A stretch of 64,000 nt of DNA. Origin: an uncultured Pseudomonadota bacterium (GTDB lineage Bacteria > Pseudomonadota > Alphaproteobacteria > JACZXZ01). A model generated the notes under the pieces. It searched no databases and was not told the DNA's origin. It saw nothing but the letters and a program-made list of their open reading frames with translations. The number at the start of each line of letters is the position of its first letter. Position 1 is the stretch's first letter. The DNA lies in assembly GCA_963749075.1 (NCBI GenBank), contig CAVVLJ010000017.1:544001-608000 (forward strand), given 5' to 3'. The position numbers and the translations under genes were made by a program. Of the stretch, positions 50,773-59,765 are shown piece by piece.

Positions 50773-52092
50773 ATGCCCGATACGCTTTCGCCCGTAGCGG
50801 CCGGCCTCCTCGACGTGCGCGGCGTGCGTCAGGCGTTCCCCAAGCCCGCGGGCGGCGAGGCCGTCGTGCTCGAGGACGTCAATCTCACGCTTCGCGAGGG
50901 CGAGATCGTCGGCCTGCTCGGCCGCTCGGGCTCGGGCAAGTCGACCTTGCTCCGCATCATTGCCGGGCTCATCCGGCCGCGCGCCGGCGAGGTGATCTAC
51001 GAGGGCAAGCTGCTCGACTGCCCCGCCCAGGGCATCGCGATGGTGTTCCAGACCTTTGCCCTCTTCCCCTGGCTCAGCGTGCTGGAGAACGCCGAGATCG
51101 GCCTCGAGGCGCGCGGCCTGCCCGAGCCCGAGACCCGCCGCCGCGCCCTCTCGGCGATCGACCTCATCGGGCTCGACGGCTACGAGTCCGCCTATCCGCG
51201 CGAGCTCTCGGGCGGCATGCGCCAGCGCGTCGGCTTCGCCCGCGCCCTCGTCGTCGAGCCGAAGGTGCTGCTCATGGACGAGCCCTTCTCGGCCCTCGAC
51301 GTGCTGACCGCCGAGACGCTGCGCACCGACTTCCTCGATCTCTGGATCGAGAAACGCATGCCGATCAAGGCCGTGCTGCTGGTCACCCACAACATCGAGG
51401 AGGCGGTCTTCATGTGCGACCGCATCCTCATCTTCTCCTCCAATCCGGGCCGCGTGATCGCCGAGATCAAGGTGCCCTTCGCGCACCCGCGCAACCGCCT
51501 CGACCCGGCCTTCCGCCAGATGGTCGACGACATCTACGCGCGCATGACGGCGCGCCCCGCCGCCGTCGCCGGGGTTCCCGGCAAGGCGCCGGCGCTCGGC
51601 CTCTTCGACAAGCTGCCGCGCGTCTCGGTCAACCTGCTCTCGGGCCTGATGGAGACCGTCGCAGCACCGCCCTATCAGGGCCGCGCCGACTTGCCGGCGA
51701 TCGCGGCCACGCTCCAGCTCGAGGTCGACGATCTCTTCCCGATCGCGGAAGCGCTGCAGATCATGGGCTTCGCCGAGCTCGCCCAGGGCGACATCCAGCT
51801 CACCGCCGCCGGCCGCCTCTTCGCCGAGTCGGACACCGAGACGCGCAAGCGCGTCTTCGCCGACCATCTCGTGCGCTCGGTGCCGCTTGCGGCGCACATG
51901 CGCCGGGTGCTCGACGAGCGGCCAGGGCATCGCGCGCCCCGCATCCGCTTCGAGGCCGAGATCGAGGACCATCTTCCCGAGGAGGACGCGCAGGAGACGC
52001 TGCGCGCGGTGATCAGCTGGGGGCGCTACGCCGAGCTCTTCTCCTACGACGACGAGGCCGAGATGTTCAGCCTCGAGAACCCCGCGGCGTGA
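50773..52092 (+). CDS. ABC ATP-binding protein (NrtD/TauB-like) with C-terminal extension
   Basis: GRSGSGKST, LSGGMRQRVGFARAL, MDEPFSALD, VTHNIEEA, ISWGRYAELF. Confidence 0.92.
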   Translation: MPDTLSPVAAGLLDVRGVRQAFPKPAGGEAVVLEDVNLTLREGEIVGLLGRSGSGKSTLLRIIAGLIRPRAGEVIYEGKLLDCPAQGIAMVFQTFALFPWLSVLENAEIGLEARGLPEPETRRRALSAIDLIGLDGYESAYPRELSGGMRQRVGFARALVVEPKVLLMDEPFSALDVLTAETLRTDFLDLWIEKRMPIKAVLLVTHNIEEAVFMCDRILIFSSNPGRVIAEIKVPFAHPRNRLDPAFRQMVDDIYARMTARPAAVAGVPGKAPALGLFDKLPRVSVNLLSGLMETVAAPPYQGRADLPAIAATLQLEVDDLFPIAEALQIMGFAELAQGDIQLTAAGRLFAESDTETRKRVFADHLVRSVPLAAHMRRVLDERPGHRAPRIRFEAEIEDHLPEEDAQETLRAVISWGRYAELFSYDDEAEMFSLENPAA

Positions 52093-52129
52093 GCGGAGCG
52101 CCCTCGTCCGGCCAGGACGGGAGGGCCCA

Positions 52130-53209
52130 ATGGCGAGCCTGATTGCGGCAACGCGTGCCTACGAGCGCTGGATGCGGCAGCACATCGCCGTGGTCGGGCG
52201 CGACCTCGCCTTGAAGCACAAGCTCATGGCGGAGGACCCGTTTTCCTTCATGCGCGCGACCTTCTATCGCTGGACCGCGGTGTGGCAGTCCGCCTGCCCC
52301 GATCTCGCCGCGGCACGGCAGGTCCTCGCGGTGGGCGACCTCCACGTCGAGAACTTCGGCACCTGGCGCGACGCCGAGGGACGCCTGGTCTGGGGCATCA
52401 ACGACGTGGACGAGGCCGCCGCCATGCCCTACACGATCGACTTGGTGCGCCTCGCCACGAGCGCCCTCCTGGCGCGCCGCGAAGAGCATCTCGCGATCAC
52501 CCCCAAGGCGGCCTGCAAGGCGATCCTCGCCGGCTATACGAGCCAGCTTCAAGGTGGTGCCTCCGCCTTCGTGCTCGAGGAGAAGCACGGCACCTTGCGG
52601 GCGGCGGCTCTCTCCGCGGAGCGCGATCCGGAGCGCTTCTGGGCCAAGATGGACGGGCTCAAGCCGTGCAAGACGCCGGCCCGGGTCAAGAAACTGCTCG
52701 CCGCCCATTTGCCGGCGCCGCGCATGAAGTTCCACGTCGTCCACCGCATCTCGGGGCTGGGCAGCCTCGGCCGTCCCCGCTATGTGGCGCTCGCCGCCTG
52801 GGAGGGAGCGCAGATCGCCCGCGAGGCCAAGGCCATGCTGCCGTCGGCCTACAACTGGGCCATGGGGATGCCGGAGGAGGAGCTCCACTGCCACGCGATT
52901 CTCGCACGCGCGGTGCGCTGCCAGGATCCTTACTTCGCAGTCAGCAAGCGCTATCTCGTGCGCCGCCTCGGGCCGCACTGCTCGCGCATCGAGCTCACGA
53001 TGCTGCCGAAGACGCGGAACGAGAAGCGCCTCCTCGAGGCCATGGGGCGCGAGACGGCGAACCTCCACCTCGGCAGCGGCTCGGCTTGCGCCGCGGTGCG
53101 CGACGACCTGGCGGCGCGGCCCAAGGGCTGGTTGCTGGCGGCGGCGCGGACCATGCTCGACGCGACGCTCGCCGACTGGAAAACGTGGCAGTCGAGCCGT
53201 CAGCGATAG
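52130..53209 (+). CDS. DUF2252 family (kinase-like) protein
   Basis: PFSFMRATFY, GDLHVENFG, INDVDEA, GLGSLGRPRY. Confidence 0.8.
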   Translation: MASLIAATRAYERWMRQHIAVVGRDLALKHKLMAEDPFSFMRATFYRWTAVWQSACPDLAAARQVLAVGDLHVENFGTWRDAEGRLVWGINDVDEAAAMPYTIDLVRLATSALLARREEHLAITPKAACKAILAGYTSQLQGGASAFVLEEKHGTLRAAALSAERDPERFWAKMDGLKPCKTPARVKKLLAAHLPAPRMKFHVVHRISGLGSLGRPRYVALAAWEGAQIAREAKAMLPSAYNWAMGMPEEELHCHAILARAVRCQDPYFAVSKRYLVRRLGPHCSRIELTMLPKTRNEKRLLEAMGRETANLHLGSGSACAAVRDDLAARPKGWLLAAARTMLDATLADWKTWQSSRQR

Positions 53210-53222
53210 CGGCCGTCCGGCC

Positions 53223-53253
53223 AAAACAAAACCCGCGCGGCAAGCCGCGCGGG
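53223..53253 (-). terminator. Rho-independent terminator
   Basis: CCCGCGCGG-CTTG-CCGCGCGGG followed by TTTTGTTTT on minus strand. Confidence 0.8.
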
Positions 53254-53290
53254 AAGGTTTAGGGAAATACGCGAACGGGTACTTCGCACG
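53223..53290 (-). ncRNA. Candidate small RNA (~68 nt)
   Basis: TTGACA-17-TAGGCT promoter (53325-53297), 5' hairpin, C/U-rich linker, intrinsic terminator. Confidence 0.5.
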
Positions 53291-53394
53291 GTTCGAAGCC
53301 TACCCGATGCAACTGATCGTGTCAAGGGAAAAGTAATAGGGTTCCACAATCTTTACCATGGGCGCCGCCGCCGCTCCCCCGCGGCGCGGCGCCC

Positions 53395-53586
53395 TCACTG
53401 CTGGTTGAGCTCGATGTTCGGGGTGCAATTGCGCTTGCCGTAGCCCACGCAGGCCTGGGTCTTGTTCCAATCGTAGAAGGTGGTGGCGAGCCAATAGAGC
53501 AGCACCACGCCGGCGACCACCGCGACGATGACGAGGTAGCTGCTGCTGCCGTGGGACTCGTCGTCGTCAGGCTCCTCGCCGCTCAT
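53395..53586 (-). CDS. Small single-TM protein with C-x7-C motif
   Basis: GGAG directly before ATG; TM then WNKTQACVGYGKRNCTPNIELN; paralog of upstream ORF. Confidence 0.7.
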   Translation of the reverse strand: MSGEEPDDDESHGSSSYLVIVAVVAGVVLLYWLATTFYDWNKTQACVGYGKRNCTPNIELNQQ

Positions 53587-53609
53587 CTCCCGAGGCTTTC
53601 GCGACGGCG

Positions 53610-53912
53610 TCAGTCGGCCAGCGCGTCGGCGGCATTGCCGCTGCCGCCGAAACGCGGGCGATATTGACGATTGAGCTCGATCGGCGGGGTGCAGTTGCGC
53701 TTGCCCATGGTGACGCAGGTCTGGATCTTGTCCCACTCGGCGAAGCGGACGGACAGCCAGTAGAAGAGTGCCACCCCCACCAGCACCGCCAGCAGCACGG
53801 CATATTCGCGCAAGATCGAGCCGCGCGGGCCTTGCTCGCCGGCACGGGCATCGTTGTCGTTCGCGGGCGGCACCAGGGCGCGCCGCCCGCCTCGCCGCAG
53901 CTCACGCCTCAT
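53610..53912 (-). CDS. Small single-TM protein with C-x7-C motif (start uncertain)
   Basis: TM then WDKIQTCVTMGKRNCTPPIELN. Confidence 0.65.
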   Translation of the reverse strand: MRRELRRGGRRALVPPANDNDARAGEQGPRGSILREYAVLLAVLVGVALFYWLSVRFAEWDKIQTCVTMGKRNCTPPIELNRQYRPRFGGSGNAADALAD

Positions 53913-54055
53913 GCGTCCACAGGCTCCTGCCCGAATTCCCGGCAATCATAGCAGGACTCGGGTCGGAGGGGACCATGAGATCCGCTGATCGGCTCGCGGA
54001 GCTACGCGGAGTGCGGCGGCCGGGCGCTCCGCCCGCCTTCCGGCCGGCGTTTCGC

Positions 54056-54391
54056 CTATGCCGCCCTGTTGTCGCGGCGCAGGTAGGCCTGCGCGCAATG
54101 CTTGGCGCAATAGGGCCGTCCGGGCTCGATCGGCGCGCCGCAGAACTTGAAGTCCTGGGTCGAAGGATCGCCGATGGGCCATTGGCAGGACGGACCCTTG
54201 TGCTTGGCGCGCCGGGCCGCAGGGTTCTCCGAACGGATCGGCGATGGCCGGCTCGCGAGGCCGAGCCGGTGCGCCTTGCCGATCACCGCGTTGCGCGTAA
54301 CCGTGCCCAGCCGCTGGGCAATCTGGCTGGCCGACAGGCCCTCGGCCCACAGAAGCTGCAAGGTCGAAACCTGTTCCTCTGTCCAATTCAT
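54056..54391 (-). CDS. gcrA: GcrA family cell-cycle regulator (short, 111 aa)
   Basis: MNWTEEQV..L..LWAEGLSASQIA..LG.VTRNAVIGKAHRLGL; CQWPIGDP....FKFCG......PYC..H. Confidence 0.92.
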   Translation of the reverse strand: MNWTEEQVSTLQLLWAEGLSASQIAQRLGTVTRNAVIGKAHRLGLASRPSPIRSENPAARRAKHKGPSCQWPIGDPSTQDFKFCGAPIEPGRPYCAKHCAQAYLRRDNRAA

Positions 54392-54570
54392 GCCGTACCT
54401 CAACACATCTAGTAGGCATCCACCTTGACATTCACAAGATAATGGGGGTAGCGACAAGAGTCACATATTTTTTACGGCGCCCGCGCCCATTTTGAGCAGC
54501 CCAGATCTTTGGCGGAAAAAGTGGGATATTCGTCATTGCTGCCAAAGCGGCAATACCGCAGAATTCGGCC

Positions 54571-55641
54571 ATGAGCACGGCTGATCCCGAGCGCGCGGCA
54601 GAGCCTGGCGGTCCTCCGAGCCGCACCATAGCGCTCGTCATCTTCCCCGGCTTCCAGCTCCTCGACCTGGCCGGCCCCCTCGCTGTCTTCGACTCGGCGT
54701 CGCACCTCCTTCCGCAGCGTCCCTCCGGCGGCGCGGGCGGCTATGCCGCGCGCGTGCTCGCCGTCTCGGCCGGGCCGGTCAAGAGCTCGGCCGGGCTCGA
54801 GGTCATGGCGCAGGGCAGCATCCACGACGCCATGGCGGGGATCGACACGCTCCTCATCGCGGGAGGCCAGGGCAGCCGTGCCGCAGCCGAGGACGCGGCG
54901 CTGCTCGCCTGGCTTCGCCGGATGGCGCCCGCGGTGCGGCGGCTCGGCTCCATCTGCACGGGTGCGTTCGTCCTCGCCGCAGCTGGGCTCCTCGAGGGCA
55001 GGCGCGCCACCACCCACTGGGCATCCTGCCGCACGCTCGCCCGCCGCTACCCCGCGATCGCGGTGGAGGCGGACGCGATCCATGTGCGCGACGGCAAGAT
55101 CTACACCTCCGCCGGGGTCACCGCCGGCATGGATCTGGCGCTCGCCCTCGTCGAGGAGGATTGCGGCCGCGAATTGGCGCTCGCCACCGCACGCTGGCTC
55201 GTCATGTTCGTGAAGCGCCCCGGCGGCCAGTCGCAGTTCAGCGCGGAGCTTGCGGCACAGCAGGCCGAGCGCGCGCCGATCCGCGCCCTTCAGGACTGGA
55301 TCTTGGCCCATCTCGCGGACGACCTCTCGGTCGGCGCGCTTGCCGCGCGCGCGGCGATGAGCCCGCGCAATTTCGCCCGCATCTTCCTCGGCGAGACCGG
55401 CACCACGCCCGGCGATTTCGTCGCCACGGCGCGCCTCGCGGCGGCGCGCCGGCAGCTCGAGGACTCAGGGCGCGCGATCGAGAGCGTGGCGCTCGGCACC
55501 GGCTTCGGCAGCGCCGAGCGCATGCGCCGCACCTTCCTCCGCCGCCTCGGCGTGAACCCGCACGACTACCGCCGCCGCTTCCGCTCGGCGCCGCCCGCCG
55601 CTGCGCCCGGTGCACAGGCAAGCGATGGAGCGCAGCCATGA
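54571..55641 (+). CDS. GlxA-family AraC regulator
   Basis: SICTGAFVLAAAGLL, ATTHW, TSAGVTAGMDLAL, RPGGQSQFS, MSPRNFAR HTH. Confidence 0.92.
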   Translation: MSTADPERAAEPGGPPSRTIALVIFPGFQLLDLAGPLAVFDSASHLLPQRPSGGAGGYAARVLAVSAGPVKSSAGLEVMAQGSIHDAMAGIDTLLIAGGQGSRAAAEDAALLAWLRRMAPAVRRLGSICTGAFVLAAAGLLEGRRATTHWASCRTLARRYPAIAVEADAIHVRDGKIYTSAGVTAGMDLALALVEEDCGRELALATARWLVMFVKRPGGQSQFSAELAAQQAERAPIRALQDWILAHLADDLSVGALAARAAMSPRNFARIFLGETGTTPGDFVATARLAAARRQLEDSGRAIESVALGTGFGSAERMRRTFLRRLGVNPHDYRRRFRSAPPAAAPGAQASDGAQP

Positions 55642-56231
55642 CGCTTACGACCGGCATTCTCCTCTTCGACGACGCCGAGGAGCTCGACGCGGTCGGGCCC
55701 TGGGAGGTCTTCACCATGGCCGCCAAGGGCAAGCCCGGCGACCGCGTCGTCACCATCGCACCCAGCGCCCAGCTGGTGCGCTGCGCCAAGGGCTTGCGCG
55801 TGTTCCCCGATCACGCTTTCGCCGACGCGCCGCCGCTCGACATCCTCGTGGTGCCCGGCGGCCAGGGCACGCGCCGCGAGGTCCACAACAAGGCGCTCCT
55901 CGCCTGGATCGAGGAGGCGAGCCGGCCGTGCCGCTGGATCACCAGCGTCTGCACCGGCTCGCTCCTCCTCGCCGAGGCGGGTCCCGCGCGCGGCAAGCGC
56001 GTCGCCACCCATTGGGCCTTCGCCGACACGCTGCAAGCGCGCGGCACGGCCGAGGTGGTGCGCGGCGTGCGCTTCGTGCGCGACGGCAAGGTGGTGAGCT
56101 CGGCCGGCGTCTCAGCCGGCATCGACATGGCGCTCTGGCTCGTGGGCCAGCTCTACGGTCCGGCCTATGCGCGCGAGGTCCAGCGCAACATGGAATACGA
56201 TCCCGCCCCTCCCTATACGGCCGAGGTGTAG
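55638..56231 (+). CDS. DJ-1/PfpI family protein (InhA-like)
   Basis: EELDAVGPWEV, VPGGQG, SVCTG, SSAGVSAGID, EYDPAPP. Confidence 0.9.
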   Translation: MTLTTGILLFDDAEELDAVGPWEVFTMAAKGKPGDRVVTIAPSAQLVRCAKGLRVFPDHAFADAPPLDILVVPGGQGTRREVHNKALLAWIEEASRPCRWITSVCTGSLLLAEAGPARGKRVATHWAFADTLQARGTAEVVRGVRFVRDGKVVSSAGVSAGIDMALWLVGQLYGPAYAREVQRNMEYDPAPPYTAEV

Positions 56232-56242
56232 CGGAACGCCGC

Positions 56243-57232
56243 TCAGGCGTTCACGTCGACCACGGTGCGGCCGCGCAGCTCGCCCTTGAGGATGCGGGGT
56301 GCGAGCGCGGGGAGTGCCGCGAGCGGCACCGTCTCGCTCATTTGGGCGAGCTTCTCGAGCGGCAGGTCGCGCGCGAGGCGAGCCCAGGCCTTGAGCCGGA
56401 GCTCCATCGGACACATCACGGAATCGATGCCGAGGAGGTTGACGCCGCGGAGGATGAAGGGCAGCACGGTCGTCGGCAGATCGTTGCCCCCGGCCAGGCC
56501 GCAGGCGGCGACGGAGCCGCGGTATTTGATCTGGGCGAGGACGTTGGCGAGCGTGTTGCTGCCGACCGTATCGACCGCCCCCGCCCAGCGCTCAGGCTGC
56601 AGCGGCCGCGTCGGCTTCTCGGCGAGCTCCGCGCGCGCGACGATGGAGACCGCGCCGAGCGACTTGAGATAGGCGTGCTGCTCGGCGCGCCCGGTCGAGG
56701 CGGCGAGCTTGTAGCCGAGCCTGGCCAGCACGGCGAGGGCAACGCTGCCTACCCCGCCCGCGGCGCCCGTGACCAGCACCTCGCCCTGGTCCGCCGCAAC
56801 GCCATGGGCCTCGAGCGCCATCACAGAGAGCATGGCGGTGAAGCCCGCCGTGCCGATGGCCATGGCTTCGCGCGTCGAGAGTCCCTTCGGAAGCGGCACC
56901 AGCCACGCCGCCTTGACGCGCGCCTTCTGGGCGTAGCCGCCCCAGTGGAGCTCGCCCACCCGCCAGCCGGTGAGCACCACCTTGTCGCCGGGGGCAAAGG
57001 CGGGCGAGCTCGACGCCTCCACGGTGCCGGCGAAGTCGATGCCCGGGACGTGCGGGTATTGCCGCACCAGCCGGCCGAGACCGCCGAGGATGAGACCGTC
57101 CTTGTAGTTGAGCGTCGAATATTCGACGCGGACGGTGACGTCGCCCTCAGGGAGCTCGGCCTCCTCGAGGGTCGCGACCGCGGCGCTCACCTTGCCGCCC
57201 GCCTCCTCGAGCCGGATCGCCCTGAAGCTCAT
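56243..57232 (-). CDS. acuI: Acryloyl-CoA reductase-like MDR (YhdH/AcuI)
   Basis: YSTLNYKDG, VPGIDFAG, MAIGTAGFTAML, GAAGGVGS, PFILRGVNLLGIDSV. Confidence 0.88.
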   Translation of the reverse strand: MSFRAIRLEEAGGKVSAAVATLEEAELPEGDVTVRVEYSTLNYKDGLILGGLGRLVRQYPHVPGIDFAGTVEASSSPAFAPGDKVVLTGWRVGELHWGGYAQKARVKAAWLVPLPKGLSTREAMAIGTAGFTAMLSVMALEAHGVAADQGEVLVTGAAGGVGSVALAVLARLGYKLAASTGRAEQHAYLKSLGAVSIVARAELAEKPTRPLQPERWAGAVDTVGSNTLANVLAQIKYRGSVAACGLAGGNDLPTTVLPFILRGVNLLGIDSVMCPMELRLKAWARLARDLPLEKLAQMSETVPLAALPALAPRILKGELRGRTVVDVNA

Positions 57233-57254
57233 GCCGCTCCCCCCGCGGCCGCGC

Positions 57255-58421
57255 TCAGCGCAGCGCCTCGAGGATGCTCGCGTAATTGGCGACCCCGGCG
57301 CCGCCCATGTTGAAGGCGCCGGCCAGCTTGGCGCCCGGCACCTGCATGGCGCCGGCCTCGCCGCGCACCTGGAGTGCCGCCATGATGTGCATGGAGACGC
57401 CGGTGGCGCCGATCGGGTGGCCCTTGGATTTGAGGCCGCCCGAGGGATTGACCGGCAGCCTGCCCTCCTTCTCGGTCCAGCCCTCCTCGATGGCGCGATA
57501 CCCTTCGCCGGGTGCGGTCAGGCCCATCGCCTCGTACTGCATGAGCTCGGCGATGGTGAAGCAGTCGTGCGTCTCGACGAGGTCGAGATCGGTGATGGCG
57601 ACGCCGGCATCCGCGAGGGCCAGGCGCCACGCCTCGCTGCAGCCCTCGAACTGCGTCATGTCGCGCCGGCTCATCGGCAGGAAGTCGTTGACGTGGGATG
57701 CTGCGCGGAAGAACACGGCCTTCTTCATCGTGAGCGCAGTCGAGACGCTGGCCAGCACGATGGCCGCGGCACCGTCGGAGACGAGCGAGCAGTCGGTGCG
57801 GCGCAATGGAGCGGCGACCATCGGGTTCTTGTCGCTCACCGTGCGGCAGAACTCGTAGCCCAGGTCCTTGCGGATCTGGGCATAGGGATTGGCGACGCCG
57901 TTCTTGTGGTTCTTGGCCGCGATGCGCGCGAGGGCGTCGGAGCGGTCGCCGTAGCGTTGGAAATAGAGCTGGGCGATGCGGCCGAAGACGGCGGCGAAGC
58001 TGCCGCATTCCTCGCGCTCCTCCTTGGCGTAGCTCGCCTTCATGAGGAGCCCGCCGAGCACCTCGCCCGTGACCTCCGTCATCTTCTCGACGCCGACCAC
58101 GAGGACGATACGCGCGTCGCGCGCCCTGATCGCGCTGAGCCCCGCGTGCACCGCGGCCGAGCCGGTGGCGCAGGCGTTCTCGACCCGCGTCGCCGGCTTG
58201 AAGCGCAAGCTCTCGTCCGCCTGCAGCACGAGCGAGGAGGGGAAGTCCTGATAGACGAAGCCGCCGTTGAAATTGCCGACGAAGATGCGGTCGACGTCCT
58301 TGGCCTCGATGCCGGCGTCGGCGATGGCGCCCTTCGCCGCCGCGACGATCATGCTCTCGAGGTCGTCCGTCTCGCGCTTGCCGAACGGCAAGTGGCTCCA
58401 ACCGACGATGCAGGGGGTCAT
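57255..58421 (-). CDS. Thiolase-like (SCP2-type) acetyl-CoA acyltransferase
   Basis: ENACATGS, DCSLVSDGAAA, ETHDCFT, VNPSGGLKSKGHPIGATG. Confidence 0.9.
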   Translation of the reverse strand: MTPCIVGWSHLPFGKRETDDLESMIVAAAKGAIADAGIEAKDVDRIFVGNFNGGFVYQDFPSSLVLQADESLRFKPATRVENACATGSAAVHAGLSAIRARDARIVLVVGVEKMTEVTGEVLGGLLMKASYAKEEREECGSFAAVFGRIAQLYFQRYGDRSDALARIAAKNHKNGVANPYAQIRKDLGYEFCRTVSDKNPMVAAPLRRTDCSLVSDGAAAIVLASVSTALTMKKAVFFRAASHVNDFLPMSRRDMTQFEGCSEAWRLALADAGVAITDLDLVETHDCFTIAELMQYEAMGLTAPGEGYRAIEEGWTEKEGRLPVNPSGGLKSKGHPIGATGVSMHIMAALQVRGEAGAMQVPGAKLAGAFNMGGAGVANYASILEALR

Positions 58422-58480
58422 GGCTCCCTCCCTCAAATGATGCGCGGCACCATAGCAGACGCAAGCGTCATGGGAAACGC

Positions 58481-59752
58481 TCAGGCCTTCTCGAAGTCGA
58501 TGCGCTCGTCGATGGGCAGGCCCTGGAGATGGCGGCGCAGGCAGTCGAGGCCCATCTCGACCGCTCCCAGGCGCAGCCATTCGCGCCCGCCCACGATGCG
58601 CGCGCGCCGCGAGGCGGCGTGCCCGCCGGACGCGATGGCAAGGCAGATGGTGCCGCCGAAGTCGATGCGCTCGGCGCCCTCGTCGGGGTCGACGAGCACC
58701 GCGAGCGCGTGGCTCGAGCCGGCCTGGGCGAGCGCCGCCCGGGCCACCGCTTCCGCGCTGCCGCGGGTGAGCTCGCCCGCAGGCGGTACCGCGGCGAGGC
58801 CGACGGCGGCGGCGATCTCTCTCGCATCGCGCGCCACCGTGCCGCGGCGGAAGATCGTCTCGGCGCCGGGCAAATGGGCGAGGCGGGCGGCGATCTGCCC
58901 GCCCGTGAAGGTCTCGACCACGGCGAGCGAGCCCTCTGCGCGCGCGAGTGCGGCGAGGACGACGCCCTCGAGCGTCTGGTCGTCCTCCGCCAGGATGAAA
59001 TTGCCGAGGCGGCGGCGCACCTCCGCCTCGACCGGGGCGAGCTTGCGGCGCACCTCTTCCATGTCGCTGCCGCGCACCGTGAGCTTGGTCTCGAGCTGGG
59101 GGTAATGGGCGCGGAAGCCGAGCTTGACGCCGCCGCCGGGCACCAGCTCCGCGACGCCGGAGAGGAGCGCATCCACGTGGGACTCGCCGAGGCCGTAGGA
59201 GTGGAAGCGCTTGAGATGGATCGCCGCCGCCGTGCCGCTCCGTGCAAGGAGCCGCGGCAGGATCTGCTCCTCGAGCATGCGGCGGAGCTCGCGCGGCACG
59301 CCGGGCGTGAAGAAGAAGCGCGCCTTGCCGATGTCGAGCGCGAAGCCGCAGGCGGTGCCGACCGGGTTGTCGAGGATCTCGGCACCTTGCGGCAGCATGG
59401 CCTGCTTGCGGTTGTTGGACGGCATCACGCGGCTGCGCCGGCGGAAATACTCCTCCATGCGCGCGAGCCATTCGGCGCTGAGGGCGAGCTCGACGCCGGC
59501 CGCTTGGGCCGCGGTCTCCTGGGAGAGGTCGTCGACCGTCGGGCCCAGGCCGCCGTTGACGATGACCGCGTCGGCGCGCGCCCCGGCAAGGCGGAAGGCC
59601 TCGAGCAGGCTCTCCCGGTCATCGCCGACCGTCGTCCCCCAGCGCACCGCGAGCCCGAAATCCTCGAGCTTCTGGCTCATGTAGCTGAAGTTGCTGTTGA
59701 CGATCTTGCCGGAGAGCACCTCGTCTCCGGTGCAGATGATCTCGATCCACAT
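58481..59752 (-). CDS. CinA-like protein (MoCF domain + degenerate PncC domain)
   Basis: GDEVLSG..VNSN, VGDD, GGLGPTVDDLS, NPVGTACG, PGVPREL. Confidence 0.85.
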   Translation of the reverse strand: MWIEIICTGDEVLSGKIVNSNFSYMSQKLEDFGLAVRWGTTVGDDRESLLEAFRLAGARADAVIVNGGLGPTVDDLSQETAAQAAGVELALSAEWLARMEEYFRRRSRVMPSNNRKQAMLPQGAEILDNPVGTACGFALDIGKARFFFTPGVPRELRRMLEEQILPRLLARSGTAAAIHLKRFHSYGLGESHVDALLSGVAELVPGGGVKLGFRAHYPQLETKLTVRGSDMEEVRRKLAPVEAEVRRRLGNFILAEDDQTLEGVVLAALARAEGSLAVVETFTGGQIAARLAHLPGAETIFRRGTVARDAREIAAAVGLAAVPPAGELTRGSAEAVARAALAQAGSSHALAVLVDPDEGAERIDFGGTICLAIASGGHAASRRARIVGGREWLRLGAVEMGLDCLRRHLQGLPIDERIDFEKA

Positions 59753-59765
59753 GCGGACGGCCGTC

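Noticed and set aside
54392-54570. CtrA box upstream of gcrA
   Set aside because: No TTAA-N7-TTAA found.
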